From Paraspadella gotoi (taxonomy: Eukaryota > Animalia > Chaetognatha): DNA of 64,000 bases. The stretch covers positions 4,230,931 to 4,294,930 of the forward strand of contig CM119266.1 of NCBI GenBank assembly GCA_051294375.1, given 5' to 3'. Positions within the stretch are counted from its first letter, which is position 1. Each line of letters opens with the position of its first letter. Under the pieces are notes generated by a model. That model did no database searches. It was not told the origin of the DNA and worked only from the letters and a program-made list of their open reading frames with translations. The position numbers and the translations under genes are program-made. Of the stretch, positions 24,873 to 38,498 are shown piece after piece.

Positions 24873-27800
24873 AGAAAGAAGACGAGAAAGAAAGTAAAAC
24901 GAAAGAACGAAAGAAAAATTAAATAAAGACTGACTGACCAATTACTATCCCCTTTTCTCTTAAGCCCAAATCGGTTGTCACGACCACGAAAACATTCTCA
25001 AGGTCATCAAATACTACGAGAAAGAAAGTTTCGGCAACTTCGCCATCTACTGTATCGTCATGGAATACTGCGAGTTGGGAAATCTTTACACCTTCAAGGA
25101 ACAGTATATACAGCAGCACGGCCACTCCTTCACCGATACGTGAGTTTTGTGGAGAGAGAAATTGGCACGATTAATTTTTAAAAATATCCAATGTGTCGCA
25201 GATTAATTTGTGGATTATTGTCGTATTCTGATTAAGCTTTGATAAAATTTTATCCTTTGGTCCTGAAGGTTTGATATTAACATTTTATTATGGAAAATGA
25301 TCATGTAATTAATAATGACTTTGGACAGGCTATTGGTATATAATTTTTAGAAATAAATTATCTAAATTATTTTTAAAAATGATTACTTCATCGACTCTTC
25401 CCCGACAGTCTGGCCAAGTCGATGATGGTGCAACTGGCATCAGCAGTCGCTCATATTCACGAGAAGCGAATCGTTCACCGCGATATGAAGGTTGGTCACT
25501 TGAATCGCATTGCAATGAACTCTTTTTTTACCGTTTAAAAAAAAAACTCTTTCACCAATTCTCGCCTCCCCTCCTTTTCGATCTCTGCAGCCGGAGAACA
25601 TCCTCGTGACTGAAGGACGAACTCCACTCGACGTGACGATCAAAGTCGGTGACTTTGGTCTCGCAAAGATCATGGAGACTTCTCACCAGCATCTCGGTTT
25701 CTCCAGCATCAATCACCTCATCATGTCTGCTGGTGAGACTCTTTGAAATCTGACCTACGAAGGCCGAGGCAAATAAGAAACTGAAAGAGCTGGGGACTGG
25801 GGAGTGGGGAGGGTTGGCTGGGGACTGGAGAGGGTTGGCTGGGGACTGGGGAGGGTTGGCTGTCTTCACCAAGTGTGGTTTACCCCCACATTTAGTATGC
25901 CTTTCGGATCGAGGTAATTTTTCCGTCAGTTGCTTTGCATATTTGAATAAACTTATCCAATGTAAAGTGATATCTAATTGGAAATATCGGACAGATAGAT
26001 AGATGATAGATGATCCCTCTGTATCTAAAAGACAACACTAACCTCGCTCACCCCCTACAATATTCACAAATATGCGAAAAACGAATAATATTATAACATA
26101 ACTATTTCAATCCTAAAATATATTGTACTAAGTTAAAAAAGTTTTCTCTTTATCAAAATTTTTCAAGTTAATAAAATTATGACTATTTTTTTCCTGATAT
26201 TTACAAAATTTTGTTAAAAATAATATGGTAATAATAATAATAATCATCTTTCATAAAGTCGCTACGAAACAAATTAATTTTAATTTCTCTCTCTCTCTCT
26301 CTTTTCCACACACAACAGTGGCCGGGACGATGGGTTACTGGGCTCCCGAGGTGTGGGAGGTCTTCAAGGGTCTCTCCACCAACACGATGTACACAGATCG
26401 AGTGGACGTCTTCGCTTTGGGTCTCATCTTCCTCGTTGTGGTGGAGCCGACAAAGATGATCGATACGGAGGTTAGTTTAATTAAATAAGTTTATATTTGA
26501 ATGACATTATTATGAAATATAACATTAATATTTAATATCTAAAATATTTCCTGTAAGGGAGCTAAATACTAGAATAATGTAAAATCAATTGATTAAAAAG
26601 AAAAAAAACATGACAGCTATTATTAGTAATAATCAAATTACAAAATTACAATCCCTCTATAACCTAAACATTCCCCATCCTCCCAATACCAGGCCAAGGC
26701 TCCGATGATCCGCCACTTGGGCCTCAAACAGACGGTGGGCGAATTCATGATCCGGGAATCAGAGGTCGGCGTCAAGAAGCACATCTTCATGGACGCCTCC
26801 TTCGACCTGCAGCTGCTCGTCCGTGAGATGATCGCCAAGAATCCCTATCGCCGACCCAAATGCAAACTGGTCGTCTCTAAACTAGAGTCCGTCAAGCGCA
26901 TGCGCAATAAACCGATCGAACTCCCGGCTTCCAGCGGCGAGAAGGATCTACGGCGTCTCTCGATCTCCGCGAGAAAATTCGGCGCCCTTCGCGACAACCT
27001 GCCTTTCGCGGAGGAGGTGAAGGAAAAGAGCGCGCGGCGGGACCGCAAGATAATGCCCCCGCCGGCGCCGCCGCCAGCCGCTCCGAAGAAGCCACCGGAT
27101 GAGGAGCGGCGAACGAGGACAGACAGCGCTAAGGAGAACGGACCGCCGGCAGCGGCTTCAGCGCCGAAGCCGCCTTCAGGGGCGTGGCGCGATAAAAAGG
27201 CGGCGCCTTCTCTGAAACTTAATGTCGAAGACGCTGCAGCAGCGGCGGCAGAAGACCCTGCTCCTTCCTCCTCCCGCGGCGGTGGCAGCAGCGGCGGATT
27301 TCGACGCGGAAACAAACGCGGCAGCGCGGGCGGCGGAAAATTGCTGGACAAGTTTCGCCGCAGCAGAATCGAGATCGAGGAGGCGTCGGAGGCGGACGAA
27401 GCGGCAGCTGGCAGCGTCCCTGTCGCTGCTGGAGGATCCAAACAACTCGACGACTTCGCATCGAGGAATAGAGATCAGCGAAAGGCTTCGGCGCCCGAAG
27501 GATGGCGTCGCTGCGCCGCAACCAGGGAGCCGCCGCAGCGCCGCGCTCCGCAGACGGCGCCACCGACCGACGAGGCGTTCCGACCGCAGTTTCCACAGTC
27601 GCCTTCCTTCAATCAAGTGAGGAATAAATTCGAGTCGGCCAAGGAAGGCGAAGATATTTTAGCCAAGGTCAAGGAGAGCGACGACATATTGGCCAAGGCC
27701 AAAGCCTGTTTGGGCCGGGACGATGAGACTTGGGAAAGATTGAACAGACAAACGTTCCCGGAACAAAGGATGACGCCTTTCGATCGTGCGATGAACGTCT

Positions 27801-30094
27801 TCAGGCGCAGCTCCATTCCTTCGCCGCCGCCGCAGCAGCAGCAGCAACGACGTCTCTCAACTCCGCGCCGAGATAATCCGGCGGCCGAGGATCTCCGCCG
27901 AGAACTCGACGACGGAGGAACGATGCCGATGCCGAAAGGCGGCGGGCGGACGACGCCGTCGCCGGTCCCTACATCGAAGCCGCCGGCGACGCCAACAACG
28001 CCGAGAATGGAACGCGAATCTCCGACGAAGATGGAAACGACGCCGCCGAAAAACGAGGCGGCCCCGCCGCTGCTGGAATGGGCGTGGAGCGTCAGGACGC
28101 CGGTGCCGACGCCGCCACCGACTTGCGTCAAAGTCACGTCTCCTCCTTCGGCCTCGGTCGAATCCTCGGACACGAAGACGACAAGGACGCCCTCTCCCGG
28201 CAAAGAAAAGAACGCCGAGTCTTCGTCGCCGGGAAAAACCGCCGCAGGCGGCGTGGTCAAGGCGGTCCTCGGAAAACTCTTTGATCGATCAGAGCAGAAG
28301 ACGAAGGATCCGCTGCTGCCGAAGCCTTACCCGCGGCCGACGCAGGACGCCGTGCCGCCGCCAGAGCGTCCGTCTTCTCCGCCGAAACGCCCGATCGCCA
28401 AACCGCAGACTCTGAGCACGACGCCGGCTGGCGCCGCCTCCCTCTCCCCGCAAAGACGAGATTCCAGCCCGCTCAAGTACGTCTCCGCATGTCTCGATCA
28501 ATCGATGGCGAGCAACATGGTCTCCTCTCCCGTGCCGGTCACGCCCACTTCTGGCAAGGGACCTCTGCCGTCGACCCCGGGATCCGGCAAGGACGTCCCT
28601 CTGACGCCCTCTTCCGGAATTGGCGGTTCATCTGCCGAGGAGGAAGAGGACGGAAAGACTGCAAGCGGCCGTGCGAGGGAACTCTTGCAGAAAGATTCGG
28701 GTAAGAATATTATTATTATTATTATTATAATCATATTGAAATTGTCATCCTTTAAAAACGAACTTTCCCCTTCCTCCGCAACCCCAAAGGCGTGCACTCT
28801 CGTTCGAGTTCGGAGACCCATTCCCCGCCCACTCCGGTCAAAGCCTCTCAAATGGAGAAAGGTCTTTATCAAATCCTGGAAGCTATCGACGGATCAACCG
28901 TCTTTCGCGGTTATAAAATCTCGGGTAGCGATCGACGGGAAGTGGCGATCAAACGTCGACAGGCCCGACTCTTTGACGAGGCCAAGATGGCCTTCAAGGA
29001 ACACGGCTTGCTCAAGTCGGTCGCCGACCACCCCGCCTTCCACAACGTCCTCGAGTACTATCGGTGGAAGTTCAGCGCCTGCATCGTCATGGAGTTTTTC
29101 GAGGGTGTGTCCTTGACCGATTACGTGGCACAGCGAAAGCGATACACGCGGACGCTGCCGCCGCAGACGGCAAAGGCGCTGCTGTGCCAGCTGAGCGACG
29201 GGCTGCGTCACCTGCATACTAGAGGCGTCACACACCGCGCCCTCATGCCGGACAACGTCCGAGTGGCGTCGCTAGGGGCGAGCGCATCGCCGCTGCTCAA
29301 GATCGGCGGCTTTTCTCTGGCGCTGGAGTCGGCGGAGGCGCATCCTTTCGCCGTTAATTTGCTTCGCTACATCGTGGAAAAGATGGAAGAGAGAAAGAAC
29401 CTAATGTTTTTTACCGCGCCAGAGGCCTTGTCGGGCAGCTGTCCGGTCTACACTCCAGCGGGAGACGTTTTCTCAGTCGGGCTGCTATACTCAATGATTT
29501 TGGGTAAGACTAAGTGCGAGAGAGAAATTGAGACAAAAAAATTAATCTCTTCATAATAATTTTGTGCGTTATAGCACATTTAAACCATAACAAAAAATTC
29601 GTATTTCATATTCAAAGTTTTTATTTTTCGCAAACTACAATTTTACCAAAAAAATCATTGTTTGTAACAAATAAAAAAATTTGTATTTCATAATTATATT
29701 CATAACGTAGGCGATCAATATCCCAATTCTAAAGGCCAAAATCCATTTTCTCAACTTCTCTCTCCTTCTCCCCAATTCTATCTTTACAGAGCGATGCGCA
29801 TGCGCGGCCTGCGATTTCGGTTGCTATCCGGGCGCCCACCGCGCGGGATCTGCGCCGGGCCTCACTCGCGTTCGATTCGGAGACTGTCACGAGTGCCTGC
29901 CGATAGGGCTCGTGCTCAAGGGCGACCCCACGGCTCTCGATCTCGTTCAATCATCGCTGACGAGAGATATGGGAGACGACTTCAAACGGCTCGTCAAGAC
30001 CATGCTGCATTCTGACGCTTCCCTGCGGCCGGACGCCTCCAAGGTCTACCAATCGACTTGCGCGGCTACGGAAGTCTTCGTTTTTGGACGATGA
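23625..30094 (+). CDS. Dual-domain Ser/Thr kinase: STK35/PDIK1L-like kinase, Pro/Ser-rich linker, C-terminal pseudokinase (~1257 aa, 8 exons)
   Basis: Exons 23625-23820, 24965-25139, 25409-25490, 25591-25732, 26319-26470, 26693-28700, 28790-29503, 29790-30094. Introns 2-7 are GT-AG and phase-consistent; the exon-1 donor has one extra C. Domain 1: GEGGFG, VAVK, HRDMKPEN, DFG, APEVWE, DVFALGLIF. Domain 2: VAIK, HRALMPDN, KIGGFS, TAPE, DVFSVG, LRPDA. Confidence 0.88.
24188..24296 (+). mobile_element. Single end of a Tc1/mariner-type MITE, same family as 51247-52040
   Basis: TA|CAGTGTGTCCCAATGGTACTGTC followed by ~85 bp matching 51270-51355. Confidence 0.75.
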
Positions 30095-30244
30095 GACATG
30101 GAGCATGACGGGACATGGGGAAATGGCGTTGTATGAAGTCGAAATCAATCATCTGCTAGAAACGAAGATATATGCTTTTTTTTGTAAGGATGGTACAAAC
30201 GAAACTAAAATCTATTTCACACCATATAATACCACAAAATACTA

Positions 30245-31695
30245 TTTTTAGTCGGATCTGCTTTCAGCAGATCCCGACTCTATAATTCACTTTGTCGGTC
30301 CGTCGGTCCGCCCCCTCAATCTTGTCGGGCATTCACTTACATCATGTCAGAACATCGAATTATGATAAATTATGTCCGTCCGTCCGTATGTCCGTCCGTC
30401 CCACCTTAGCAAAAAGCTCCAATAACTCGTGATTGGGTTGTTGGATTGGAATGAAATTTTGTGTGTGGGTAGGAAAGTTTGAGATGTAGTTGGATATAAA
30501 GTTTCGGTGGAAACGTGCAAGTGGAAATGGGTTTAAATGAAAACAAGTTTGAGCAAACAATGTCGGATCTGCCCACAATTATTATCGGTAATTAATTCAT
30601 TAATTAATTTAAGTTAATTATATATTTAATTAATTAATAATTAATTCAAGTTAATTATTTAATTAATTAGGCAATTAATTAAGTTACTGATTTATAAATT
30701 ATTGATTAATTAATTGATTAATTAACTAATTAATTATTTTATTAATTAATACATCTTGAATTTACATTTAAAATAAAAAGAAAAAAAATTCTAATAAATT
30801 AGTGAAACAGGTTCTTTGTTTTTTCCATTTAAAATCATTTCCACTCAAAGGATTCCATTGAAATTCGATTTCCAGTTTAATCACACACTTTTCTACCCAA
30901 ATATAAAATTTCAAGTCAATCGCCCAATCCAGTAATTAGTGTTTAAATAGTGAAATATACTTTTTTGTTTTTTCCATTTAAACTCATTTCCACTTGGACG
31001 ATTCCATCGAAACTTCATATCCAGCTCAATCACACACTTCCCTACTTCATTCAATCCATCCATCCAATCACGGACGGACGGACGGATGGACGGACAGACA
31101 TCGTTTTTTTTGCATAATTTTTCATAATTCGATGTTCTGACATGATATAAGTGAATGCCCGACAAGATTGAGGGGGCGGACCGACGGGCCGACAAAGTGA
31201 ATTATAGAGTCGGGATCTGCTGATAAGCAGATCCAACTAAAAATATGAATCACATTTACTTGAATCTTTTTACTTGTTTTAACCAATAATTACTCGAATT
31301 AATCATAATTGAATTAATAGATTGAGATAAAATTTTGTGTGCGGGTAGGAAAGTGTATGAAGAAGCTAGATATAAAGTTTTAACGGAATTGTGCCAGTGG
31401 AAATGAGTTTAAATGGAAAAAACATATGTCACATTTACTTGAATCTTTATTATGATTACTAATAAATGTTTTAATTAATTAATTAAGTAATGTGAAAAAA
31501 TGATGCAATTTAAAAAATTATGCAAGTTGAAAAAATTATGTAAGTTGAAAAAATGATGCAAGTTAAAAAAAGATGCAAGTTGAAAAAATGATGCGAATTG
31601 TAAAAATGATGCAAAATATTGTGATTTATCATCTGATTAGCTGATTACCGCTTAATTATCGTAGGCAGATCCGACATTGTTTGCTCAAACTTGTT
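30245..31695 (+). mobile_element. Helentron-associated non-autonomous element (HINE/DINE-1-like), outer copy
   Basis: 5' TTTTTA-GTCGGATCTGC subTIR with an adjacent inverted copy, (GTCC)n microsatellite, 3' GCAGATCCGAC subTIR plus GTTT-GCTC-AAAC hairpin and T-run; split by an inner copy. Confidence 0.75.
30541..31243 (-). mobile_element. Second HINE/DINE-1-like copy nested in reverse orientation inside the first
   Basis: The same 5' and 3' hallmarks on the minus strand; inserted in an A-run (TT on its own strand) with no TSD. Confidence 0.75.
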
Positions 31696-31913
31696 CTTTT
31701 TATTTTTTGTGCCGGCCCCCCTTCGTTTTATGTATTCCATAGTTTTATGTTTACTTGAATAGAAACCAAATTCAATATAATTAAAATATGATCGTAAACC
31801 AGTCACAGTTGTTTTTTAATTACTGAAAATAGTTTAGGAATTACCTAATAAGATTGGAAGTGCCCAAAATACGTATTTAAAATTAAATCAATTAAAAAGT
31901 TTAACATATACTT

Positions 31914-34900
31914 TTATTCAACAGAAAACCAGTTAAAAATAAGGATAAAAGATGTAAACATTAAGCAGAAATTTTTTTCTTGGAGTTTTCCATCAGAAGA
32001 TGAAACTGAGTACGGAGTAGCTTCATTGCAAGTGGTAGTATCAGATGTTTCAATGGGGTTTGAAAAAGATATTCTTTGGGATATTGATTTGGGTAACTTG
32101 GTATAAGTGACTGGAGTTTTAAATGAAGTATTGCTAGTTGTTTCTGAAGTAGTGGACGTGGGTAACTGGATATCGTCATAGAATTTACTGTAGTTGTATT
32201 TGGAAAATTCTTATTCATATGTTTATATAGAATAAATGCTATTTGTGTTGAATAAGAAACATGGGAAGAAGGTTAATTCATAGTGGTAGTTTCATCCTTA
32301 TCAGTTTCCGTTGGGGATACTGATGTGATTAACTTGGTAGAGGTAACTGGAGTTTTAAATGGAGTCTTGCCAGTCGCTTGCGAAGTAGTGGATGTGGGTA
32401 TTGTCATAAAATTGACTGTACTTGTAAGTGAAGACTTACTGGTACTTTTTTTGTGTGTTGAAGATTTAACTTTGGTTGAAGTCACTTTTGGAGTGGTCAT
32501 TTTTGTTGAAGTTGAAGTTGTTGAAGAGGGTAATATTGTTGGTAATGCAGTCGAAGTGACTGAAGTTGTAAGGGGAGACTTGCTAGTTGTTTTGTTATTT
32601 TGTTGTTTTGTTTTTGAAGTAGTGGATGTATTGACTGAAATTGTAAGGGGAGACTTTCTAGGTGTTTTGTTGTGTTGTTGTTTTGTTTTTGAAGTAGTGG
32701 ATGTTGTGTGTGTTAAAGATTTAACTTCGGTTGAAGTAAATTTTGGAGTGGTCGTTTTTGTAACACTTGTTGAAGAGGGTAATGTTGTTGGTAATGCAGT
32801 CGAAGTGACTGAAGTTGTAAGGGGAGACTTGCTAGTTGTTTTTGAAGTAGTGGATGTTGCTCTATGAGTGGACTCAATTGTACTTGTCATTGAAGATGTT
32901 TTTGTTTTAGATGTTGAAGATGGTAAGGTGGTAATCGTAAATGGAGAGTGGCTAGTTGTTAAAGTAGCAGTTGTAGATACATTTGTTGAGGAAGAAAAGG
33001 GAGTAGTTTTTGTGGTAACATTAGCACTATATGGGGAAGTATTTGTAATATTAATTGTAGTTGTGGAAGCTTGATTAGTGGTTGAAGGTGCAGATACACT
33101 TGATGAAACAGGAGATGGAGTAGTTTTTGTAGTAATACTTGCAGTATTTGGTAATGTAGTTGTTATAACATTTGTAGTTGTGAAAGAGTGATTAGTGGTA
33201 GGTTTAGATACACTTGTTGAAGCAGAAGATGAAGTAGATTTCGTGGTAACATTAGCAGTATATAGTGCAGTAGTTGTATTATTATTTGTAGTTGTGGAAG
33301 CTGGATTCGTGGTAAGTTTAGATACACTTGATGAAGCAGAAGATGAAGTAGATTTCGCGGTAACATTAGTAGTATATGGTACTGTCGTTATTAGATTATT
33401 TGTAGTTGTAGAAGCTGTATTCGTGGTAAGTGTAGATAAATTTAATGAAGCAGAATATGAAGAAGATTTTGCAGTAACATTAGTAGCATAAGGTTCTGTA
33501 GTTGTTAGATTATTTGTAGTTGTGGAAGCTGTATTCGTGGTAAGTTTAGATACACTTGTTGAGGCAGAAGATGAAGTAGATTTCGTGGTAACATTAGTAG
33601 TATATGGTGCTGTAGTTGTTAGATTATTTGTAGTTGTGGAAGCTGTGTTCGTGGTAAGTGTAGATACATTTGATGACGCAGAAGATGAAGTAGATTTCAC
33701 GGTAACATTAGTAGTATATGGTGCTGTAGTTGTATTATTATTTGTAGTTGTAGAAGCTGTATTCGTGGTAAGTTTAGATGCATTTGATGACGCAGAAGAT
33801 GAAGTAGATTTCACGGTAACATTAGTAGTATATGGTGCTGTAGTTGTTAGATTATTTGTAGTTGTGGAAGCTGTATTCGTAGTAAGTTTAGATACATTTG
33901 ATGAAGCAGAAGATAAAGAAAATTTCGTGGTAACATTAGTATTATATGGTTCTGTCGTTGTTAGATTATTTGTAGTTGTGGAAGCTGTATTTGTGGNNNN
34001 NNNNNNNNNNNNNNNNNNNNNTAAGTTTAGATACATTTGATGAAGCAGAAGATGAAGTAGATTTCGCGGTAACATTAGTAGAATATGGTGCTGTAGTTGT
34101 TAGATTATTTGGAGTTGTGGAAGCTGTATTTGTGGTAAGTTTAGATACATTTGATGAAGCAGAAGATGAAGTAGATTTCACGGTAACATTAGTAGTATAA
34201 GGGTGTAGTGTGTAGATTATTTGTAGTTGTGGAAGCTGTATTCGTGTAAGTTTAGATACATTTGATGAAGCAGAAGATGAAGTAAATTTTGCAGTAACAT
34301 TAGTAGTATATGGTGCTGTAGTTGTTAGATATTTGTAGTTGTGGAAGCTGTATTTGTGGTAAGTTTAGATACATTTGATGAAGCAGAAGATGAAGTAGAT
34401 TTCAGCGTAACATTAGTAGAATATGGTGCTGTAGTTGTTAGATTATTGGAGTTGTGGAAGCTGTATTCGTGGTAAGTTTAGATACATTTGATGAAGCAGA
34501 AGATGAAAGTAGATTTCACGGTAACATTAGTAGTATAAGGTGCTGTAGTTGTTAGATTATTTGTAGTTGTGGAAGCTGTATTCGTAGTAAGTTTAGATAC
34601 ATTTGATGAAGCAGAAAGATGAAGAAAATTTCGTGGTAACATTAGTAGTATATGGTTCTGTAGTTGTTAGATTAATTGTAGTTGTGGAAGCTGTATTGTG
34701 GTAAGTTTAGATACATTTGATGAAGCAGAAGATGAAGAAAATTTTGCAGTAACATTAGTAGTATATGGTGCTGTAGTTGTTAGATTTATTTGTAGTTGTT
34801 GAAGCTGTATTCGTGGTAAGTTTAGATACATTTGATGAAGCAGAAGATGAAGAAAATTTCGCGGTAACATTAGTAGTATATGGTGCTGTAGTTGTTAGAT

Positions 34901-35618
34901 TATTTGTAGTTGTGGAAGCTGTATTCGTGGTAAGTTTAGATACATTTGATGAAGCAGAAAAGATGAAGATTTTGGCGGTAACATTAGTAGTATATGGTGC
35001 TGTAGTTGTTAGATTATTTGTAGTTGTTGAAGCTGTATTTGTGGTAAGTTTAGATACATTTGATGAAGCAGAAGATGAAGAAATTTCGCGGTAACATTAG
35101 TAGTATATGGTGCTGTAGTTGTTAGATTATTTGTAGTTGTGGAAGCTGTATTCGTGGTAAGTTTTAGATACATTTGATGAAGCAGAAGATAAAGTAGATT
35201 TTCGCAGTAACATTAGTAGTATATGGTGCTGTAGTTGTTAGATTATTTGTAGTTGTTGAAGCTGTATTTGTGGTAAGTTTAGATACATTTGATGAAGCAG
35301 AAGAATGAAGAAATTTCGCGGTAACATTTAGTAGTATATGGTGCTGTAGTTGTTAGATTATTTGTAGTTGTGGAAGCTGTATTCGTGGAAGTTTAGGGGT
35401 GGTGGTTGAGGTGGTAGTTGTGGTTGTTGTAGTAGTAGTAGTAGTATATGGTGCTGTAGTTGTTAGATTATTTGTAGTTTTGGAAGATGGATTAGTGGTA
35501 GGTTTAGGGGTTGTGGTTGAGGTGGTAGTTGTGGTTGTTGTAGTAGTAGTTGTGGTTTGTTTTCTTAAGGCACTCTTGAAGTTTTTGTTTTGAAACTTTA
35601 ACTTCAGGTCAGAAACGC
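31914..35618 (-). CDS. Mucin-like Thr/Ser-rich terminal exon, copy 1 (probably a redundant assembly of 41593-45268)
   Basis: 114-bp/38-aa repeat TTNTASTTTNNLTTTAPYTTNVTVKSTSSSASSNVSKL; acceptor TTTAG|GC at 35618; hydrophobic C-terminus; scattered 1-bp frameshifts and a 25-N gap. Confidence 0.7.
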
Positions 35619-36597
35619 CTAAAAAAATAAAATAAAACATATAGGTAAGTATTTTTAAAACTTAGGATGATAAAAAACCATTAAGTAGGCCTATATTCAA
35701 GACAATATAATTATTTTGATATCAAGACCAAAATATGGTAAAATAAATACGTAATAATCTTTAAAAATATTTCTTCATTTGTCAAGATTCAGCAGACATA
35801 ATTCAAAATTTTAGTTAAGTCCATCAGTTGTCTTTGTTGATTTTGTAAGGAAATTCATAAATTATTAAAACTGGACTAAAAATTGGTTTGTAAAGTGTGT
35901 GATTAGGTTTAAGAATAAATTCAAGTAAAAAAAATTAGTGGGAATGCAAAAAATCGACATAATTTTTATTGTAATTTAAATCATATAGTGATATGGTGAA
36001 AGCAGCTATTACATCATGGTTATCCAACTCATTCCGGGTACCTGCGTTATTTGATTTAACTCAGTTTAATTTTGTTTTCAAAACTTCATAGTATTTATCC
36101 AAAACAAAAAAAGATTGTTTCTTTGCTTCAACTAAAAAAGTTATTATATTCATACACAGTGTCATAAAATAGAAAATTTTACAGGATGTACCAAAATTAG
36201 GTACCTATAAGAAGGTCCTGTTTTGTTAAATAGTGTTTGTGGTTTTTTCAAAAAAAGTTTTTTAAAAAACTTTCCATTTCAATCTTTCACTTTTGCAAGC
36301 GCCAAGGAGAAAGCCAATTACATTATTTGGCGAAATTAATTTGAGAACGGCAATCAGAATTTTGGAAAGTCGGGAATTATACAATTAGTGACCATAACTA
36401 GTCTAATTACTACTTACTAATTAGATATAGAAATTAGACAAGAATGAAACAAGGATAAGATGATAAAAATGCGGCACAATTTGATTTGATTTGACAAAAG
36501 GATTGTCTGAAAAGGTTTGCTTTAGTATGCTTAGCTCTTTTGTTATGATAAAATTAATAAAATCATAAAATATTATTATAGATTTTTATTCAATTTT

Positions 36598-36665
36598 TCA
36601 ATCCTCAAATGTACAGTTTTTGAAAAATGTCTTGTAGTTGAACTTTAGTTTTAGGGTCTCTACAT
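36598..36665 (-). CDS. Duplicate copy of the short terminal exon (DVETLKLKF...TFED*)
   Basis: Matches 46246-46313. Confidence 0.5.
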
Positions 36666-38498
36666 CTGTAAAGGAAAATAAACTAGTCATTAAAATTTTT
36701 TAGTTGGGTTAATGATTTTAAACTGAGTTAATACAATCTTAAAGCAAAAAATTTAAAAACTTTTTTATCTGTTCTAATTTATAGGTTTCGCATGAGGCAA
36801 TCGGTGTCTTTTAGACACGAAAATCTGAAACTTCAATAAATTACCATATTTCTTGATCTCATTGGTTAGGTACGAAAGCTTTCTTCATTTAAAAAAACGG
36901 TAGTCTCAAGTTATATCTCCTTCTTATCACTTAGAACTTCCCATGTAAATTTCTAATGAGTTTAAAAATACGGTTAAGACATGATTCTTCCAATGCTTGT
37001 CAATCTAATCTCATTAACTGCTTAATTTTAGAAAAAAGTATGCTTGAATTTGTTATGGTAGGCAGATGATTTTTAAAGATCGAATTCCTTATAAGAATCC
37101 TCATGTCCCTTTTAACTGAACAAAAGATTTTTAGGTAAGACGCCACATATATTTGATACAATTTTTTTTTCATTTCATACACGCTTTTTCCTGATAAATT
37201 TTTCTACCTCTTTTCTTCTCTTACTTTATATTTTCCTCTTCCTTATCCTCCCTACTTCTCACGCTGTCACTTACCATTTTTTTGGCACCTACTTTTTCGG
37301 TCACTTAATGCAACTTTCCTCACCTTTTTTCTCATTTTCATTCTTCCCTTTTTTTTCCCCTCTTTTTCTTTCCATTTTCCCCTCTTTTCTTAACCTAACA
37401 ATTGTTTCACTATTTTTTTCCCATTTTGCCCTTCGTTTTTTGCCTTTCACCCTCTTCTTTTTGCAATTCTCTCCCCTTCTCTTTTATAGTTTTTTCCGCT
37501 TTCCGTCTTCACTCTCACTACAATTTACATTGAGCCAAATCAAAAAGAAAATTCTTTTAATAACCGCATTATAGAAGAAAATGAATTGTAGCAGCATGAT
37601 TTTTCTTCAATTTTGGTTGACGTAAAGCAAATTTAGTAAAGTCGCAATTTTTGCGGAAAATTTTTCCGCAAATCTGTCGATTTTGAGAAAAACAAAGTCC
37701 TGATGCTTTCCAGTGGATTAAAAGGATGCGGTTTTTTTTTGGATAATCAAGGTCAGTATTACCATCATCTTTTAAAAACTAATAAATGAGTTGAAAATAT
37801 TCTCTTTATCAAAAATAAATGCAAGTCACAAAAAAGTCACAAATTAAAGACGTCTTTAAAATTATTTGTGGCTAAACCCAGAAAAGTTTTTTTGATAAAT
37901 TTTATAGGTGTTAAAAGCTTTATTCAATAGGCTAAATTTTCTGTTAATTTAACCTAATTTGATTTATTTTTGTGTTTAACAAATTATGATAAAGACTGAA
38001 AACTCCAACTTTTTTGACTTGTTTAATTTAAAATTAATTTTATAGGCAAACTATAATGATTAAGCTAATACAAATTTACCCGAAAAAAAGGAAAAAGGAG
38101 AGGTAAAGAAGATAATGAAAGAACGGATTTTCGCAAAGAAAAAAATTTTCACTCAACTTTCCTTGGCATTAAATCAGAAGTCGTAAGTAAAAAATGGACA
38201 AAAATGGAAGCAATAAATTGGTTTTGTGGAGCTAAAAATTGCAAATGGTAACTATTTTTATCATTAGAAATTGGTTGAGATGTTTTAACAACAATGCCTC
38301 TCGTTCGGTAGTAAGTTTAGATACATTTGATGAAGCAGAAGATGAAGTAAATTTTGCAGTAACATTAGTAGTATATGGTTCTGTAGTTGTTAGATTATTT
38401 GTAGTTGTGGAAGCTGNNNNNNNNNNNNNNNNNNNNNNNNNAAGTGCCCAAATACTATTAAAAATTAAATCAATTAAAAGTTTAACATATACTTTTAT

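Noticed and set aside
28701-29116. 3' part of the 803-aa ORF (KNIIIIIII...)
   Set aside because: It reads through the 28701-28789 intron; the true frame switches to the pseudokinase exon.
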